From an uncultured Solirubrobacterales bacterium (GTDB lineage: Bacteria > Actinomycetota > Thermoleophilia > Solirubrobacterales > Solirubrobacteraceae), in NCBI GenBank assembly GCA_963706545.1, contig OY970161.1, positions 3,954,105 through 4,018,104 on the forward strand: 64,000 nt of DNA, in the 5' to 3' direction. The notes beneath the pieces were generated by a model. That model saw only the letters and a list, made by a program, of their open reading frames with translations. It did no database searches and was not told the DNA's origin. A program made the translations under genes and the position numbers. The stretch's first letter is position 1; each line of letters begins with the position of its first letter. Positions 61,030 to 64,000 of this stretch are shown piece by piece.

Positions 61030-62274
61030 CTACCGCCCGACGGCGTCCAAGTCGCTGTCCACGTCGGCCAGCGCGCTGCGAGCGGCGGCGTCGAGCACCG
61101 GGCGCTCGACCATCAGCCTGCGGGCGCGGTCGAGATCGTCCGAGCGCCCGACGGTCAGCGCAGCGACGAGGCGCCCGTCCTTCACGTACCACGTGGTGAA
61201 ACTGCCCTCGTCCATCGAGCCGCGCACGATCTCCTCATCCCACTCGCGCGCCGGGCCAACGTACTCGAGTTCCGCCCAGTCGCCGAGCACGGAGAAGAAG
61301 TAGGGAACCGTCTCGTGGGGGACGTCGCGGCCGAGCATGTTCAGCGCGGCGGTCTTGCCGTGGTTGAAGGCGACGTCCCAGTGCTCGATCCGCAGCGGCC
61401 CACCGTGCAGCGGGGAGTCGTACTCGCAGATGTCCCCCGCTGCGAACACCCCGGGGGCGGAGCTCTGCAGGCACGCGGAGCAGCGCACTCCCCCGCCCTG
61501 CCCCAGCTCCAGGCCGGCGCCGCGCGCGAGCTGCACGTCGGGGGTCACGCCCGCGCCGATCACGACCGCTTCGGCCGGGAGCTCCAGGCCGTTCTTGGTG
61601 ACGACCTTCGCCACCCGGCCCTCGCCCTCGAAGCGCTCCAGCTCGTCGCGCCCGTGGATCGTGACGCCGTGCGCTTCCAGCAGCTCCTGGAAGAAGCGCC
61701 CGCTCGCGGAGCCGAAGCCGCGTTCGAGCGTGAGCTCCTCCTGCATCACGACCGTGCACCGCTTGCCCACCATCGTCAGCGAGGCCGCCACCTCGCAGCC
61801 GATGTAGGAGCCGCCGATCAACACCACGTGCTCGGCGTCCGCCACACCCGCGCGGATCGCGTCGGCGTTGCCGAGCGTGCGCAGGTAGTGGATCTGCTCC
61901 AGCTCGCACCCCGGCACGTTCAGCCGCCGCACGTTCGCCCCGGTGGCCAACAGCGCCTGGCCGAACTCGAGCTCCTCCTTGGTCGAGAGCTTGGCGGTGC
62001 GCGCCCCGGCGTCGAGGGCGGTGACGCTGGTGCGGGTCAGCAGCTCCACCTCCTGCTCGGACCACCACTTCTGCGGACGGAAGAACGCCTCGCTGCGCTC
62101 CTCCGCGCCGCGCAGGTAGCCCTTTGAGCAGTTCGGGCGGTTGTACGGCGGGTCGGGCTCGCGCCCCACGACCACCACGCTCCCCTCCGCGCCCTCCTCG
62201 CGCAGCCACCGTGCGCAGTTGGCGCTCGCGAGCCCTCCTCCGATCAGCAGGTAGTCGACCTTGCGGGCAGCCAT
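61030..62274 (-). CDS. FAD-dependent NAD(P)H:ferredoxin reductase-like oxidoreductase
   Basis: IGGGLAS, PPYNRPNCSKGYL, LLATGA, IGGSYIGCEVA, FAAGDI, RIEHWDVA, PYFFS. Confidence 0.9.
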   Translation of the reverse strand: MAARKVDYLLIGGGLASANCARWLREEGAEGSVVVVGREPDPPYNRPNCSKGYLRGAEERSEAFFRPQKWWSEQEVELLTRTSVTALDAGARTAKLSTKEELEFGQALLATGANVRRLNVPGCELEQIHYLRTLGNADAIRAGVADAEHVVLIGGSYIGCEVAASLTMVGKRCTVVMQEELTLERGFGSASGRFFQELLEAHGVTIHGRDELERFEGEGRVAKVVTKNGLELPAEAVVIGAGVTPDVQLARGAGLELGQGGGVRCSACLQSSAPGVFAAGDICEYDSPLHGGPLRIEHWDVAFNHGKTAALNMLGRDVPHETVPYFFSVLGDWAELEYVGPAREWDEEIVRGSMDEGSFTTWYVKDGRLVAALTVGRSDDLDRARRLMVERPVLDAAARSALADVDSDLDAVGR

Positions 62275-62290
62275 GCGCGCTTAATCTACG

Positions 62291-62563
62291 CTACGCGAAA
62301 GCCGGGACGCGCAGAGTCAGCGCCGAGGCTGCTCCGGACCCCCGCTGGCCGATCTCCGATCGGTCGGCTGGGTCGCTGTCGTGGTAGAGCAGCCACGCCT
62401 CCAGCAACCCCTCCGCAAGCTCATCCAACGTTGCTCCGGATGCGAACAGCCCCGGGCAGCTCGGCACCTCCGCCCAGAGCGAACCGTCCTCCTCATGAAC
62501 CAGCGCCTGAATCTCGATCTGCTCTTCCACGAAACCCAACTTTCGTCTGATGCTCTTCATCAT
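62291..62563 (-). CDS. hicB: HicB-like antitoxin (RNase H-like domain, no obvious DNA-binding domain)
   Basis: VHEEDGSLWAEVPSCPGLFASGATLDEL; ATGA overlap with hicA. Confidence 0.85.
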   Translation of the reverse strand: MMKSIRRKLGFVEEQIEIQALVHEEDGSLWAEVPSCPGLFASGATLDELAEGLLEAWLLYHDSDPADRSEIGQRGSGAASALTLRVPAFA

Positions 62564-62757
62564 AGACCTGCCTCTCTCAGGATCGCCGAGGTCAACCTGC
62601 GCCCATAATCGCCACCCCGGTGCTTCGGCAAGGTGATGGGCCGATGTCCGGGCTTCTCCATCTTCACCACATGCTTGCCGCCGCGGGTCGCAGTCCAGCC
62701 ATGGGCTTCCAGGAGCTTTCTGGCCGACTTCTGGCTCAGCGGAGTTGATCTGCCCAT
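62560..62757 (-). CDS. hicA: HicA-like mRNA interferase toxin
   Basis: LLEAHGW..TRGGKHV..EKPG...ITLPKH....L..IL..AG. A TGACGGCGTCA palindrome at 62757-62767 abuts the start. Confidence 0.88.
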   Translation of the reverse strand: MGRSTPLSQKSARKLLEAHGWTATRGGKHVVKMEKPGHRPITLPKHRGGDYGRRLTSAILREAGL

Positions 62758-62764
62758 GACGGCG

Positions 62765-63871
62765 TCACAACCCCGGCGGGTGGCGCACCGACCAGTGCGC
62801 CCATTCGGGGATGTGGTCGAGGATGCGCCAGCGGGGGCCGTTTTCGTTGCGGTTGGGGCCGACGTCGGTGCCGTCGTGGCTGGTATCCAGGCGCAGGCCC
62901 GCGATCACGATGAAGACGTGGTCGGTGGGCGCGGTGGTGGCATAGATCGTCACCCACTGCCCGGGGCCGGGCTCGCCCCAGTCGACGTAGTCCTGGGCGA
63001 GGGGGTTCTCGCGCACGATTTCCGCCAGCGGGCGCACCCCCGCGCGGTCGAGCACGTAGTTGACCGTGCTCGAGCAGTCCTCGCTCGTAGCGCCCAGCGG
63101 GTCGGGGTGCCCGGCGGGGCCGTAGGGTAGGTCCTGCAGCTCGTTGCCGGCCACCACCATCGCCTGCACCGCCGGGGGCACGTCCTCGGGGATCAGCGCG
63201 ACGTGGCCGTTCTGAGGGGAGAGCACGGCCCGTTCGCCGGAGATCGTCTCGACCGGTGCCGCGCTGGCGCCGCTGATGCCGCTGATGCCGCTGACATCGC
63301 TGACTTCGGAGCCTGGTGGGCCTCTATATATCGCCGCCCACCGTTCCACTTCAGCGACGTACCACCACGCGTGGTTGTACGCGTAGATCGCCTCGCGGTA
63401 GTCCCCGGGGGCGCCCGAGGCTCGTAGGTAGTTGGCGGCTCCGAAGATCGCGTCCGCCGAGTTCCAGCGGTCGGGCGGGCTGTCGCCTTCGGCGTCCACG
63501 CCGTACTGCGCCCACGTCGACGCGAGGAACTGCATCGGCCCTCCCGCGCCGGCCGAGTTGACCGCGCCCTGCTGCCTGCACGACGGGTCGGGATCCTGCC
63601 CGTGGTCGCACTCGACCTTGCCGATGCCGGCGAGGACCGCCCAGTCGAGGCCATAGTGGGCGGCCGCCCGCAGGTAGAGACGCAGATATTCCGGCGGGAT
63701 TTCGGCGCGTGCCTGCGCGGACACGCCATACCCCCCGGCACCTTCAGCGCCGATCCCGCCCGCGAGCGCCTGCGACCCGCCGCTCGTGACGGCGAGGCTC
63801 GCCGCGCCGAGCCCGAGCGCCACCGCAAGCGGGGGAACGACGGCGAGCGCCACGAGCGTCGGTCCTTTCAT
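62765..63871 (-). CDS. Bifunctional cell wall hydrolase: lytic transglycosylase plus NlpC/P60-like domain
   Basis: YGLDWAVLAGIGKVE, AGAGGPMQFLASTW, DAIFGAANYL; C-terminal DCSS...HVFI. Confidence 0.8.
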   Translation of the reverse strand: MKGPTLVALAVVPPLAVALGLGAASLAVTSGGSQALAGGIGAEGAGGYGVSAQARAEIPPEYLRLYLRAAAHYGLDWAVLAGIGKVECDHGQDPDPSCRQQGAVNSAGAGGPMQFLASTWAQYGVDAEGDSPPDRWNSADAIFGAANYLRASGAPGDYREAIYAYNHAWWYVAEVERWAAIYRGPPGSEVSDVSGISGISGASAAPVETISGERAVLSPQNGHVALIPEDVPPAVQAMVVAGNELQDLPYGPAGHPDPLGATSEDCSSTVNYVLDRAGVRPLAEIVRENPLAQDYVDWGEPGPGQWVTIYATTAPTDHVFIVIAGLRLDTSHDGTDVGPNRNENGPRWRILDHIPEWAHWSVRHPPGL

Positions 63872-64000
63872 CCGCCCCCCAACTGGCGTTTGCGCCGCCT
63901 GGCGACCTCATGGGCATCGCGCATCACCGGGGACTCGTGCCCGCCGCCGGCCACGTGGTCCCGCGGGTCGTGCCTGCGCGGGTGCCTGCGCGCGCCGTGC
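63868..64000 (-). CDS. 3' end of an unidentified gene coupled to the hydrolase
   Basis: Open frame ...SPVMRDAHEVARRRKRQLGGG-stop with ATGA overlap at 63868-63871. Confidence 0.5.
   Translation of the reverse strand, partial: HGARRHPRRHDPRDHVAGGGHESPVMRDAHEVARRRKRQLGGG

Overview
High-GC actinobacterial DNA; gene content and protein families suggest Thermoleophilia/Solirubrobacterales (inference). Most genes are on the minus strand. Left 16 kb: three diverged copies of a lower-GC module made of a long non-coding leader, a small 6-Cys secreted protein, a hairpin, a beta-propeller-like secreted protein and (in the complete copy) a ~957 aa secreted protein. The copies are interleaved with a DUF2142-like membrane glycosyltransferase, scpB, scpA and trpS, and the middle copy is reduced to a deletion scar. 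Next comes the glycine cleavage cluster split by a VapBC-type toxin-antitoxin pair. The dcw cluster (mraZ to ftsZ) follows; it lacks murD and carries two inserted genes. Further right are a DUF3352-like lipoprotein, an APC permease with a Usp domain, a Rho paralog with degenerate motor motifs, folP, glpD, a trypsin-like protease, pntAAB and pduO. A cobalamin-riboswitch-led ECF operon encodes two DUF4430-like proteins and an S component fused to an alpha/alpha-barrel domain. The window ends with an FAD reductase, hicAB and a bifunctional cell wall hydrolase. Best novelty candidates: the apparently motor-dead Rho paralog, a possible split transcobalamin-like B12 capture system, and the triplicated secreted-protein module. 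No tRNA, rRNA, CRISPR array, integrase or transposase was recognised. All domain calls come from motif recognition by eye and none was run against a database.
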